A stretch of DNA of 51,450 bases from Patescibacteria group bacterium (GTDB taxonomy: Bacteria > Patescibacteriota > Minisyncoccia > Phycocordibacterales > JBBUBG01). Below the pieces are notes generated by a model, which had not been told where the DNA came from, made no database searches, and worked only from the letters and a program-made list of their open reading frames with translations. Position numbers and translations under genes: made by a program. The DNA lies in assembly GCA_040384765.1 (NCBI GenBank), contig JAZKIQ010000003.1:1-51450 (forward strand), read 5' to 3'. This document shows positions 1 to 9,287 of the stretch, one piece after another (position 1 is the stretch's first letter; every line of letters starts with the position of its first letter).

Positions 1-45
1 TCCAGGCATGCGCACTTACAAGCAACAGTCGCTCAATAAAAAATG

Positions 46-72
46 AAAAGCCCGAGCATGAAACTCGGGCTT
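46..72 (-). terminator. Intrinsic terminator for ORF 101-400
   Basis: AAGCCCGAG/CTCGGGCTT hairpin with an A-run on the + strand (U-run on the - strand). Confidence 0.6.
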
Positions 73-100
73 CGTGGTCGAACAGATAGCCGACCAACCA

Positions 101-400
101 TTAGCTGCTCGCAACCTTGAGCCTGCGCTGGGCCAAGGCATCTGCCCTAGCACGCTTCGGGTGGGGCCTAAGCTCTGGGGCTTCGCCACGCAACCGAAAC
201 GGTGACACCGTGAGACCTGGTCCCAGAATCACAAAGCTGTTCTGGCATTGTGAGCACTGTGCGAGCGCAGAAGAGCTCGCCTCGTGCGGGATCTGATGAG
301 TCCAGCTCCCCCGCCGATAGCAGTACGGACACCCAAACTGTTTGTGGTCTTGGCGCGATATAGCAATCACCTTTTCCAAAAACTGCTTCACAGCACTCAC
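101..400 (-). CDS. Small hypothetical Zn-ribbon-like protein
   Basis: CPYC...CSQC; AGGAGG upstream; followed by a terminator. Confidence 0.6.
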   Translation of the reverse strand: MSAVKQFLEKVIAISRQDHKQFGCPYCYRRGSWTHQIPHEASSSALAQCSQCQNSFVILGPGLTVSPFRLRGEAPELRPHPKRARADALAQRRLKVASS

Positions 401-471
401 CTCCTGGTGAACGTTCCCCTCTACTCTGTCATAAAAGACGTTGTAGTCAAAAAGAAAATGACATCCGAGGG

Positions 472-873
472 CTACTTTTTCCTTGCCTCCTTCGCCCGAT
501 ACGCTCGCTTAATTTTGTAGTAGGCTGCCTCCGTGCCTGGCTCACCTCCCGACTCTTTCATCTTTCGCATCAGTGCTGCGGGATATTTTTTACCAGCGAG
601 AGCAAGCTTATCGCGAACTATCTTTTCCGTATCAAACCCAAGCAGTACGCTCATCTCCAAAGCGTAGATCATCACGTCCGCAAGCTCTTTCCCGATCTCC
701 TCCTTGAGCTTCGCGTTCTTTTTCACGTCCGCAAGCTCGGGATTTGCCCACTGAAAAAGCTCGAGGAGCTCTGCTCCTTCAATCATGATCGACTTGGCAA
801 TATCACCCGGGCGAAGCTCGTCCCACCGGCGCTCCCGCAAGTGCTCGAGGACACTCTTTTCAAGTTCCTTCAT
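472..873 (-). CDS. MazG-like nucleotide pyrophosphohydrolase (dCTP pyrophosphatase-like)
   Basis: SIMIEGAELLELFQW and ELADVMIY motifs, KKYP tail; start placed at MKELEK. Confidence 0.85.
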   Translation of the reverse strand: MKELEKSVLEHLRERRWDELRPGDIAKSIMIEGAELLELFQWANPELADVKKNAKLKEEIGKELADVMIYALEMSVLLGFDTEKIVRDKLALAGKKYPAALMRKMKESGGEPGTEAAYYKIKRAYRAKEARKK

Positions 874-883
874 CAAAGAATGG

Positions 884-1498
884 TTACTCTTTCGCCTCAA
901 CATAACACGAGGAACCCTTGAGGAGCTCTACGAGCTCACCAGCTACCGGCTCAAATGAGATTATGCCACGGCCATCTTTAAGCCCGATATGCACCGCAAG
1001 ATCCTCTGTTTGATTGACCGAAACTACCGTGCAGCTTTGTATGATCTCTCGAGCTTTGGGCCACGAAACATACGCAAGACCCTTTGGAGGAAGAAATATA
1101 TTCTCTGTCTCACCCTCCCCCGCGATGCGCACTGTTTTTACCTTGAGGCGAAGCTCCTTTTCGACACCTTCAACAACAGCCGTCTTTCCCTCGAATACGG
1201 CACTGTAGAGCGAGCTCATAGCCACGCAAGGTAACGCTCCGCTTTGCTGAACACATATAGTGTCAGCATCGATCTCGAGGCTTATCTCAGTCTTAGGCGC
1301 TCCCTCTTCTCCATAGACAAAAACAAGTGCATCTTGGCTTCCCGTTGAAACAGTCTTCAGAGTACCCACCTCAACAAAGTTGGTTGGCTCAAGCTCAAGG
1401 GCGATCGGAGCAGGAGGTGCAAACACCCCCGTAAAAGCAAAAAGTCCAACCACTACCACTGCAGCTGCCAAGAAAAAGAGTGAGCGAGTTTGTGTCAT
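884..1498 (-). CDS. Membrane-anchored hypothetical protein
   Basis: N-terminal hydrophobic helix; TACAAT 8 nt upstream of ATG. Confidence 0.7.
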   Translation of the reverse strand: MTQTRSLFFLAAAVVVVGLFAFTGVFAPPAPIALELEPTNFVEVGTLKTVSTGSQDALVFVYGEEGAPKTEISLEIDADTICVQQSGALPCVAMSSLYSAVFEGKTAVVEGVEKELRLKVKTVRIAGEGETENIFLPPKGLAYVSWPKAREIIQSCTVVSVNQTEDLAVHIGLKDGRGIISFEPVAGELVELLKGSSCYVEAKE

Positions 1499-1535
1499 AT
1501 GGATCTATTGTACGCGGGTTTAGCGAGGACACAAA

Positions 1536-2150
1536 TTACTCACCCACGCGGCCAGTCTTAAAAGGCCCTGCAAACTCGTAGGTAGCGAGGATAACACCGC
1601 TACTAGAGATTTTAGAATCAGTAAGCTTGAACTGCTCAGCCTGCGTGCCCTCGGCAAAAAGGCGCTTGCCGCTACCGATAGTGAGCGGATAGATCCAAAG
1701 CTCCATGCGATCGATCAGATGGTTTTTAAGCAAGGTCTGAATGAGATTTCCACTACCCCACACCCACAGATCTGGGCCATCTTGCTCTTTTATTTTCTGA
1801 ATCTGCGCCACCACATCGCCCTCAATGCAGACCGAGTTGTGCCAAGCAGGCTCAAAAGCTGTGTGCGAGACCACATACTTCTTGGTGCTATTAAATGGCA
1901 CCGCCACTTCGTTGTCTGTCTTTGCGTGTGGCCAGTACGCGGCAAAGATCTCATAGGTAGTCTTGCCAAGGAGGAGCTCAAACGGGGCAGCCATTGCGGA
2001 CGAAAGCGTAGAACCCATCATCTCATCCATCGGCACCGCTGCTTGCCAGCCGCCATACTTGAAGCCATTTGAAGGGTCTTCTTCTGGCCCGCCCGGTGCC
2101 TGCATCACGCCGTCGAGCGTAACAAATGTAGTGGTGATTATTTTTCGCAT
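1536..2150 (-). CDS. Dihydrofolate reductase family (RibD C-terminal domain) protein
   Basis: MRKII..FVTLDGVMQAPGG, LLGKTTYE, VWGSGNL, GSGKRLF. Confidence 0.9.
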   Translation of the reverse strand: MRKIITTTFVTLDGVMQAPGGPEEDPSNGFKYGGWQAAVPMDEMMGSTLSSAMAAPFELLLGKTTYEIFAAYWPHAKTDNEVAVPFNSTKKYVVSHTAFEPAWHNSVCIEGDVVAQIQKIKEQDGPDLWVWGSGNLIQTLLKNHLIDRMELWIYPLTIGSGKRLFAEGTQAEQFKLTDSKISSSGVILATYEFAGPFKTGRVGE

Positions 2151-2197
2151 ATTCTCATCGTACGCTTATCTAGCCAATTGGGCCAAATTCAGCCTAG

Positions 2198-2243
2198 CAA
2201 ACGATAAATATATATTGACAAACGATAATGTCTAAACTAGACT
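2198..2243 (+). promoter_or_regulatory. Sigma70 promoter with putative operator repeats for the DUF2975/HTH pair
   Basis: TTGACA(2215-2220)-N17-TAGACT(2238-2243); CAAACGATAA repeated at 2198 and 2219, overlapping the -35. Confidence 0.55.
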
Positions 2244-2271
2244 TAGCGTACAGAAAACATAAGAACTAACC

Positions 2272-2754
2272 ATGAAAAAAAGTTCGACACTATTTCTTCA
2301 AGGAGTCGTTGTAGCTCTCGGTATCGGCGCTCTCGCTCTCTTGCTTTGGGAACCTCATCTTGAGGGAGTGAATGCCGACGCCACCACGCTCTACGAAATT
2401 TACTTCGACGACCCCTTCCTCGCGCTTGTCTATGTAGGCTCTATCCCTTTTTTCGTAGCACTCTATCAGGCGTTCACGCTATTGGGATATGCCGGACAGG
2501 GAAAAGTGTTCTCCCAGGCGGCGGTCAAAGCTCTGCGAACTATTAAAAAGTGTGCACTCGTCATTATTGGTTTTGTAATAGTAGAGGAAATTTTTATCAT
2601 GCTAAACCATGGGAACGACGATGCCGCAGGGGGTATTTTCATGGGCATCCTCATCACCTTTGGCTCTGTGGTCGTCGCCACTGCCGCGGCAATGTTTGAG
2701 CGAGTATTACAAAATGCCGTGGACATACAATCTGAGAACGACCTTACTGTTTAA
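2272..2754 (+). CDS. DUF2975 family membrane protein
   Basis: Four TM segments, PFFVALYQAF motif, C-terminal ENDLTV; paired with an HTH gene. Confidence 0.85.
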   Translation: MKKSSTLFLQGVVVALGIGALALLLWEPHLEGVNADATTLYEIYFDDPFLALVYVGSIPFFVALYQAFTLLGYAGQGKVFSQAAVKALRTIKKCALVIIGFVIVEEIFIMLNHGNDDAAGGIFMGILITFGSVVVATAAAMFERVLQNAVDIQSENDLTV

Positions 2755-2764
2755 TAAAACCGCC

Positions 2765-2968
2765 ATGGCAATCATCATCAACATCGATGTCATGCTGGCG
2801 AAGCGAAAGATGAGCGTCACTGAGCTTGCCGAAAAGGTCGGCATCACGATGGCTAATATTTCCGTCTTGAAAAACGGCAAAGCAAAAGCGGTCCGACTAT
2901 CGACCCTCGAAGCAATCTGTCAGGCCCTCGCATGCCAGCCTGGAGATATTTTGGAATATAAAGAGTAG
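2765..2968 (+). CDS. Cro/C1-type HTH regulator (YozG family)
   Basis: MAIIINIDVMLAKRKMSVTELAEKVGITMANISVLKNGKAKAVR...CQPGDILEY. Confidence 0.92.
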   Translation: MAIIINIDVMLAKRKMSVTELAEKVGITMANISVLKNGKAKAVRLSTLEAICQALACQPGDILEYKE

Positions 2969-2990
2969 GCGCTTTGCCCCGGGATCATGG

Positions 2991-3026
2991 ACGAAAAAGG
3001 CTCCCGAGAAGGGAGCTCTTTTTCGT
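2991..3026. terminator. Bidirectional terminator
   Basis: GAAAAAGGCTCCC...GGGAGCTCTTTTTC between convergent HTH gene and tRNA-Glu. Confidence 0.65.
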
Positions 3027-3032
3027 TAGCCA

Positions 3033-3106
3033 TGACCCCAACCGGATTTGAACCGGTGTTGACGGATTGAAAACCCGCTGTCCTGACCAGGCTAGACGAT
3101 GGGGCC
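3033..3106 (-). tRNA. tRNA-Glu(TTC)
   Basis: GGCCCCATCGTCTAGCCTGG...TTTTCAA anticodon loop...GGTTCAAATCC...GGGGTCA cloverleaf. Confidence 0.93.
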
Positions 3107-3347
3107 GAAAACCAAACCATTATATGATATTTTACTGGGAATGGCCAGAATCCTCCGTCCGCTTGCGGCGGAGATGAATGGCCATCTTTGGTTATGAGCG
3201 AGCGGAGCTCGCCCTTCTCCAGCAAAGTTTTCCCTGGCGCCCCGCCAAATGCCTCGCCGAGGTACTCCGAGGGGACGGCTTGCCGCGAGGATGAGGCGGG
3301 GCAAAAATTTACCAAAAAAGTAAAAAGTGGTAGAATCATTGACTGTT

Positions 3348-3434
3348 GGAGAGGTGACAGAGTGGTCGAATGTACCAGTTTCGAAAACTGGCAGGCTCGC
3401 AAGGGTCTCGAGGGTTCAAATCCCTCCCTCTCCG
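3348..3434 (+). tRNA. tRNA-Ser(CGA)
   Basis: GGAGAGG acceptor, CCAGT-TTCGAAA-ACTGG anticodon arm, long variable arm, GGTTCAAATCC. Confidence 0.95.
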
Positions 3435-3450
3435 CCCAACTAAAATTTCA

Positions 3451-4176
3451 ATGATAACTGTAGCAAAACTTTTTTTGTTTTTGGTTCTCGCCTACGCCAT
3501 CGTTGCTTTTATCCGCTTTCGACACTACGTGCGAGTCGGCACAGAGATGGCAGCAAACACGCTCCCCTTTCAGCGCATAGCGCCCGGCGCCGAAGAGCGC
3601 ATCCTGGTCGCAGGAGACTCATCCGCAGTGGGTACTGGAGCACGGACCCCCGAGGAGTCGACAGCAGGTAGGCTTGCCGAAAACCACCCAAAGGCCGAAG
3701 TGATCAATGTTTCAAAAAATGGCTTGCGTGCAAAGGGACTGCTTGAAATGCTGAGCAATCGAAACGACCTCGGCCACTTCGATATCGCGGTGATCCAGAT
3801 CGGCGGCAACGATATCAACTACGGTACGGATCTTGTCGAGCTCGAAAAGACGGTACGAGCAATCCTTGAGCGCACAAAGGAGCTCGCAGACAAAGTAGTG
3901 ATCATGCACTCCAGCAACATGGGTAACTCTCCGATTTTCCCACGCGTGATCGGCCTCTATATCACCCACCGCACCCGCCTTGTCCGAGAGATGTACCTGC
4001 GTATTGCTCCCGAGTATGGCGCTCGCTACGCAGACCTCTTCATGGAGCACAAGGAAGATATCTGGCTCACCGACCCCGATCGATACTACGCGCGCGACAA
4101 ATTTCACCCAGCTGGTCCCGGCTACGAACTCTGGTACGAAGCTATACAAAAAGCACTCCGAAAGCGGAGCATCTAA
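3451..4176 (+). CDS. SGNH/GDSL hydrolase with N-terminal TM anchor
   Basis: GDSSAVG block I, GGND block III, DKFHP block V; start moved past the tRNA. Confidence 0.88.
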   Translation: MITVAKLFLFLVLAYAIVAFIRFRHYVRVGTEMAANTLPFQRIAPGAEERILVAGDSSAVGTGARTPEESTAGRLAENHPKAEVINVSKNGLRAKGLLEMLSNRNDLGHFDIAVIQIGGNDINYGTDLVELEKTVRAILERTKELADKVVIMHSSNMGNSPIFPRVIGLYITHRTRLVREMYLRIAPEYGARYADLFMEHKEDIWLTDPDRYYARDKFHPAGPGYELWYEAIQKALRKRSI

Positions 4177-4182
4177 CTCTGC

Positions 4183-5313
4183 ATGAAGATACTCGGAATA
4201 GAAACAAGCTGCGACGAAACAGCTATTAGTATCATCGAAGCAACCGGAGGGCTCGAGAAGCCCAGCTTTGCGGTACTTTCAGAGGTAACGATCACTCAGC
4301 TCGACTTGCACAAAGCATACGGTGGGGTTGTGCCAAGCCTCGCCAAGCGCGAGCACCAGCGCACACTGATGCCGGTACTCATTGAGGCGATTGAACGATC
4401 GGGTGTCGCATGCGAGAAGAAAACGATTGCGCAGATTCCCGAGCTCGAGGCACTTCTCCCGAAAGAGCCCGATCTTTTGGCTGCATTTCTCCACCGTAAA
4501 GACGAATTTCTGTTTCCAAATATTGACGCGATAGCCGTTACGCACGGACCAGGCCTCGAGCCAGCGCTCTGGGTGGGAGTCAACTTTGCAAAGGCCCTTT
4601 CTCTCGTCTGGGGCGTACCCATCGTGCCCGTGAATCATATGGAAGGGCATCTGCTCTCCGGGCTTCTTGAGGGCGCAATCTCTTTTCCAACCCTTGGGCT
4701 TCTGGTATCGGGTGGCCACACAGAGCTCGTGCTCGCAAAAGCCTGGTGCGACTATGAGATCCTTGGCGCTACCCGCGACGATGCCGTCGGCGAAGCGTTC
4801 GACAAAGTGGCGCGCTTGCTCGGCCTTCCGTACCCAGGAGGTCCGGCTATTTCAAAACTTGCCGAAGAGCCGAGTGAACTCGCGTTTACGTTGCCTCGAC
4901 CGATGATCCATTCGGACAACTATGATTTTTCTTTTGCTGGTCTCAAAACAGCAGTTTTGTACCTCACCAAGGAGCTTGGTGCTCTCAGCGACGAACAGAA
5001 GCGAGCTATCGCGCGTGAGTTTCAAAATGCTGCAATAGATGTACTCATTTCAAAAACAAAGCGAGCGCTCGAACAATACTCTCCACGATCTTTCGTAATC
5101 GGGGGAGGAGTTTCTGCAAATACCGAGCTGCGCAGACGCATGACCGAGCTTCTCCATGATGAGTTTCCTGATACAACTCTCACCATACCGTCATTCAAAA
5201 TGTCGACCGACAATGCAACCATGATTGCGATTGCCGGATATATACGACACCAAAAGGGAGGGATACGTGAGGCAGGTGAAATACGAGCCGAAGGGAACCT
5301 ATCGCTCGCATAA
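4183..5313 (+). CDS. tsaD: tRNA N6-threonylcarbamoyladenosine synthase
   Basis: ILGIETSCDETA, HMEGH, SGGHT, DDAVGEAFDK, TDNATMIA. Confidence 0.97.
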   Translation: MKILGIETSCDETAISIIEATGGLEKPSFAVLSEVTITQLDLHKAYGGVVPSLAKREHQRTLMPVLIEAIERSGVACEKKTIAQIPELEALLPKEPDLLAAFLHRKDEFLFPNIDAIAVTHGPGLEPALWVGVNFAKALSLVWGVPIVPVNHMEGHLLSGLLEGAISFPTLGLLVSGGHTELVLAKAWCDYEILGATRDDAVGEAFDKVARLLGLPYPGGPAISKLAEEPSELAFTLPRPMIHSDNYDFSFAGLKTAVLYLTKELGALSDEQKRAIAREFQNAAIDVLISKTKRALEQYSPRSFVIGGGVSANTELRRRMTELLHDEFPDTTLTIPSFKMSTDNATMIAIAGYIRHQKGGIREAGEIRAEGNLSLA

Positions 5314-5323
5314 CATTGAAAGA

Positions 5324-5353
5324 AGCCCCGCCAGAATGGTTTCTGGCGGGGCT
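5324..5353. terminator. Hairpin terminator / REP-like palindrome
   Basis: AGCCCCGCCAGAA...TTCTGGCGGGGCT between convergent genes. Confidence 0.6.
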
Positions 5354-5366
5354 CTCGGTTCCGGCT

Positions 5367-5522
5367 CTAGCCAGCAACCTTTTCGTCTTCTTCGCCCGGC
5401 AATGCCTCTTCGGCCTCCTTGGCCTTCGGCGGCAGAATACTCGGGATATCTTCTCCGAGACCCCCTTCATCACCTTCCGGTATATCACGCGGGGTTGCGC
5501 AATCGATCTTTAAGTTCTTCAC
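5367..5522 (-). CDS. Small acidic orphan protein (51 aa, not in ORF track)
   Basis: GAGGAG SD upstream of GTG; MKNLKIDCATPRDIPEGDEGGLGEDIPSILPPKAKEAEEALPGEEDEKVAG*; ends just before a hairpin. Confidence 0.5.
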   Translation of the reverse strand: MKNLKIDCATPRDIPEGDEGGLGEDIPSILPPKAKEAEEALPGEEDEKVAG

Positions 5523-5648
5523 ACTCGCTCCTCTCAATCAGTGGCATCTTAGCGATGCGTCCTTCTCTAGAGATACGCTACCCGGACACTGACCATCGGT
5601 CAAGAAGCGAGCCTTCAAAAAACGGCTTCATTTTGATACAGTGCACAG

Positions 5649-7823
5649 ATGGACGATAAATTCCTCGAGCCGTACGATCACAAGGCAACTGAAGCCCGCA
5701 TCTACAAAGAGTGGGAGGAGAGCGGCTATTTCAACCCGGATATCTGTATTGAAAAAGGGGTAACTGCCCCGGACGCAGAGCCATACACAATAATGATGCC
5801 GCCGCCAAACGCGACAGGTGTCCTCCATATGGGCCACGCACTCATGCTCACCATCGAGGATATTCTCGTGCGCTATCATCGCATGAACGGCCGCCGCACC
5901 CTGTGGCTTCCCGGGACCGACCATGCAGCCATTGCCACACAATCAAAAGTTGAAAAAGAGATCTCAAAAAAAGAGGGAAAGTCTCGCCATGACCTCGGGC
6001 GAGAGGAGCTCGTGCGTCGAATAGAGGAGTTTGTTGAGGATAGCCGCTCGACTATTCGCTCCCAAATCCGCGTGATGGGCGCCTCGTGCGACTGGTCACG
6101 AGAGGCTTTTACCTTCGATGAGCCCCGCAACCGTGCAGTACGTACCATCTTCAAGATGATGTACGACGATGGCCTCATTTATCAGGGCAATCGTATCGTA
6201 AACTGGGACCCAAAAGGCCAAACGACAATTTCAGATGATGAGATCGTGCACGAAGAGCGAGTCACGAAGCTATACACCTTTAAATACTCGCCAGACTTCC
6301 CCATCTCCATTTCAACCACTCGCCCAGAAACAAAAGTGGGCGACACTGCAGTAGCTGTGCATCCAGATGATCCACGATACAAAGAGTATGTTGGCAAAGA
6401 GTATGACATGGTGTTTGCCGGTGTCCCCATCCATATCAAAATCGTTGCAGATGAAGAAGCAGACCCCGCATTTGGTACAGGCGCACTTGGCGTCACACCG
6501 GCGCATTCCCAAGCAGACTGGGCTATCGCTGACCGCCACAACCTCCCACGCCCACAGGTGATCAATGAGTTCGCAAAGATGACCGTGGGTGGGCCAGAAC
6601 TGCTTGGCAAAAAAACAACTGAAGCACGCGAGGTAATTGTATCGTGGCTCCGCGAGCAAAACCTGCTTGAAAAAGAGGAAGATACCAAACAAAATATCTC
6701 GACCGCCGAACGCACGGGCGGTGTCGTAGAACCACTTCCGAAGCTTCAGTGGTTTATTGATGTAAATAAAAAAATCTCTGCTCGTGGCAACCGCTCGCTC
6801 AAGGAGCTTATGCGAGATGCAGTGGCTGGCGAAGAAAAAGATGGACCAATCCGTATTGTTCCTGAGCATTTTTCAAAAACCTATTTCAACTGGATCAACA
6901 ACCTCCGCGACTGGTGCATCTCGCGCCAGATCTGGTACGGACATCGCGTGCCAGTATGGTATCGCGGTGATGAGATGTACTGCGGCGTAGAAGCTCCAGA
7001 GGGCGCAGGCTGGGAACAAGACCCTGACACCCTCGACACCTGGTTCTCTGCTGGCATCTGGACCTTCTCAGCACTTGGCTGGCCAGAGAAAACGGAAGAC
7101 CTCAAGATCTATCACCCGACACATGTTCTTGAAACAGGGTACGAAATTCTCTTTTTCTGGATCGCACGCATGATCCTTATGACCGAGTACGCACTAGGTG
7201 AAGTACCCTTTAAAACGATCTACCTCCACGGCACAGTACGAGATGGCCAAGGCCGCAAAATGTCCAAGTCGCTCGGCAACGGTATCGACCCGCTCGATAT
7301 CGCAGAAAAATTCGGTGCAGACGCAGGCCGTATGGCCCTTATTGCAGGCACCGCACCAGGTACCGACAGCAAGATCTCTGAAGACAAGATCAAAGGCTAC
7401 AAGCATTTCGCAAACAAAATCTGGAACATCACCCGGTTTGTACTTTCGAACACAGAGAATATACCAAGTGAAGAACCAGCCCTATCCGAAAAAGATGCAG
7501 CACACGTGAAGGAGCTGGAAACCCTCTGTCGCGAAGTGACTGCCGACCTCGAAGCGTATCGCCTCCATCTCGCATCGGAAAAAATCTATCACTATATCTG
7601 GCACACCTTTGCTGACGTAATCATCGAGGAGGCCAAGCCGCGACTTTTGGGCGCAGATGCCGCCGACAAACTCTCATGCCAATGGTTTCTCCGCGAGGCG
7701 CTTCTTACCTCACTCCAACTCCTCCATCCTTTTATGCCTTTCGTTACGGAAGAGATCTGGAAAAGCGCACGCTGGCCAAACCTCTCCCCAGTGCTCATGG
7801 TCGAGAAGTGGCCAAAAGGATAG
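5649..7823 (+). CDS. valS: Valine--tRNA ligase (short form)
   Basis: PPPNATGVLHMGH, PGTDHAAIATQ, DWCISRQIWYGHR, KMSKS. Confidence 0.97.
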   Translation: MDDKFLEPYDHKATEARIYKEWEESGYFNPDICIEKGVTAPDAEPYTIMMPPPNATGVLHMGHALMLTIEDILVRYHRMNGRRTLWLPGTDHAAIATQSKVEKEISKKEGKSRHDLGREELVRRIEEFVEDSRSTIRSQIRVMGASCDWSREAFTFDEPRNRAVRTIFKMMYDDGLIYQGNRIVNWDPKGQTTISDDEIVHEERVTKLYTFKYSPDFPISISTTRPETKVGDTAVAVHPDDPRYKEYVGKEYDMVFAGVPIHIKIVADEEADPAFGTGALGVTPAHSQADWAIADRHNLPRPQVINEFAKMTVGGPELLGKKTTEAREVIVSWLREQNLLEKEEDTKQNISTAERTGGVVEPLPKLQWFIDVNKKISARGNRSLKELMRDAVAGEEKDGPIRIVPEHFSKTYFNWINNLRDWCISRQIWYGHRVPVWYRGDEMYCGVEAPEGAGWEQDPDTLDTWFSAGIWTFSALGWPEKTEDLKIYHPTHVLETGYEILFFWIARMILMTEYALGEVPFKTIYLHGTVRDGQGRKMSKSLGNGIDPLDIAEKFGADAGRMALIAGTAPGTDSKISEDKIKGYKHFANKIWNITRFVLSNTENIPSEEPALSEKDAAHVKELETLCREVTADLEAYRLHLASEKIYHYIWHTFADVIIEEAKPRLLGADAADKLSCQWFLREALLTSLQLLHPFMPFVTEEIWKSARWPNLSPVLMVEKWPKG

Positions 7824-7874
7824 CAAAGCGAAGCCCTACCGTTTCCCCAACCCGCCACACCTTGTCGTGTTAAG

Positions 7875-7983
7875 ATGACGTGAGGTGTTTGTTTTTTGGA
7901 ACTAGCGAGCGCGACTGGCGCGAGCTCGAGGAATTTTTCACCAGAAAAATATCCGTGTCCAAAAAACAAACACCTCACGTCAT
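7875..7983. mobile_element. MITE-like element with a perfect 26-bp inverted repeat
   Basis: ATGACGTGAGGTGTTTGTTTTTTGGA (7875-7900) / TCCAAAAAACAAACACCTCACGTCAT (7958-7983). Confidence 0.65.
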
Positions 7984-8683
7984 GCTTGACTCTTTTTTTT
8001 CTTTTGATCCAAGCCATCTTCTCATCTCGCTTCTCGGGGGAATAGTTCCCGCCCTGCTCTGGCTCGGTTTTTGGCTTCGCGAGGATACGCTACACCCTGA
8101 GCCGCGACGTATCATATTCTGGACATTCTGCGCAGGAGCAGTAGCAGCACTTGTTTCTCTCCCTCTCGAGGCAATTGCATACTCTTTTACGGACGTAAAG
8201 ATCGTGCTGTTTCTTGCTGTCGCGGTGATCGAAGAGACGGCCAAATATATAGCGGCCAAAAAAGCCGCTCTCGGCAAGGCGACCTACGATGAGCCGGTTG
8301 ACGCTCTCATCTACCTCATCACAGCTGCTCTCGGATTCGCTGCACTCGAAAATACGCTCTTTATTGCAAGCTCTCTCGCAGGGAAAGGGCTCGTCACAGC
8401 CCTCATCGTAGGCGAAACGCGATTTGTTGGATCGACACTGCTCCACATTCTTGCCTCATCGATTATCGGCGTAAGTCTCGCACTACCCTTTTTCCACAAC
8501 GCGAAAGAGAAGAAACGAGATTTTCGTATTGGACTTATCCTCGCAATCCTTTTGCACACCCTCTTCAATTTTTCTATAATCCAGGAAGGGACACATTCTC
8601 TTTTCCTCACGTTTTTTTCTGTATGGGTTCTGGTAGTCCTTCTCCTACTCATCTTCGAAAAAGTAAAGCGGATACAGTCGTAG
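7982..8683 (+). CDS. prsW: PrsW family intramembrane metalloprotease
   Basis: HPEP, IEETAK, GFAALEN and conserved His residues; multiple TM segments. Confidence 0.85.
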   Translation: MLDSFFSFDPSHLLISLLGGIVPALLWLGFWLREDTLHPEPRRIIFWTFCAGAVAALVSLPLEAIAYSFTDVKIVLFLAVAVIEETAKYIAAKKAALGKATYDEPVDALIYLITAALGFAALENTLFIASSLAGKGLVTALIVGETRFVGSTLLHILASSIIGVSLALPFFHNAKEKKRDFRIGLILAILLHTLFNFSIIQEGTHSLFLTFFSVWVLVVLLLLIFEKVKRIQS

Positions 8684-8714
8684 CTCCGACCTTATTACCA
8701 GATACACCTATCCG

Positions 8715-9236
8715 ATGCCAAAAAATAAACTTTCTTTTTTTGAACGACTAACCGGCAGCATTCATATTGCCGACGACTTTGATGATGCACCTGCAAAGCC
8801 GCTCCGCAGCGCAAGGCCTGCCCCAATGCCCGAAGGTGAGCAAGAGTACGAGGCAGTAAAAGAGCGTGACGATACTCCGGCACCAGCCTGGGCCGCTGAC
8901 AACGAAGAGGGCGAGCTGCCGATCGATATGTATCAAACACCGCACGAGGTGATCGTAAAGGCGATGATTGCCGGTGTGCGCCCTGAAGATCTCGAAATCT
9001 CAATCTCGCGAGAGATGGTGACCATCCGTGGGCGACGCCAGGAGCATCACGAAGTATCCGGCGATGACTTTTTCCACCAGGAGCTCTACTGGGGTACCTT
9101 CTCACGCACGATCCTTTTGCCACACGAAGTAGAGGCAGAAGAGGCAGAGGCAATCGAAAAGCATGGCCTTCTCACCATTCGCCTCCCAAAAATAAATAAA
9201 GAAAAGGTTTCAAACCTAAAAGTGAAGTCGCTCTAG
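8715..9236 (+). CDS. Hsp20/alpha-crystallin small heat-shock protein
   Basis: LPIDMYQT...IAGVRPEDLEI...YWGTFSRTILLP...GLLTIRLPK. Confidence 0.92.
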   Translation: MPKNKLSFFERLTGSIHIADDFDDAPAKPLRSARPAPMPEGEQEYEAVKERDDTPAPAWAADNEEGELPIDMYQTPHEVIVKAMIAGVRPEDLEISISREMVTIRGRRQEHHEVSGDDFFHQELYWGTFSRTILLPHEVEAEEAEAIEKHGLLTIRLPKINKEKVSNLKVKSL

Positions 9237-9287
9237 AAAAAGAAGTAGCCCCCGCTTGTGTAGCAGGGGCCTCCTGAGTGGATGCGC

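Noticed and set aside
472-873. MazG-like gene as MazZ partner of the PurA-like gene
   Set aside because: It lies about 37 kb away with no operon link or DatZ-like HD gene; it looks like an ordinary house-cleaning enzyme.
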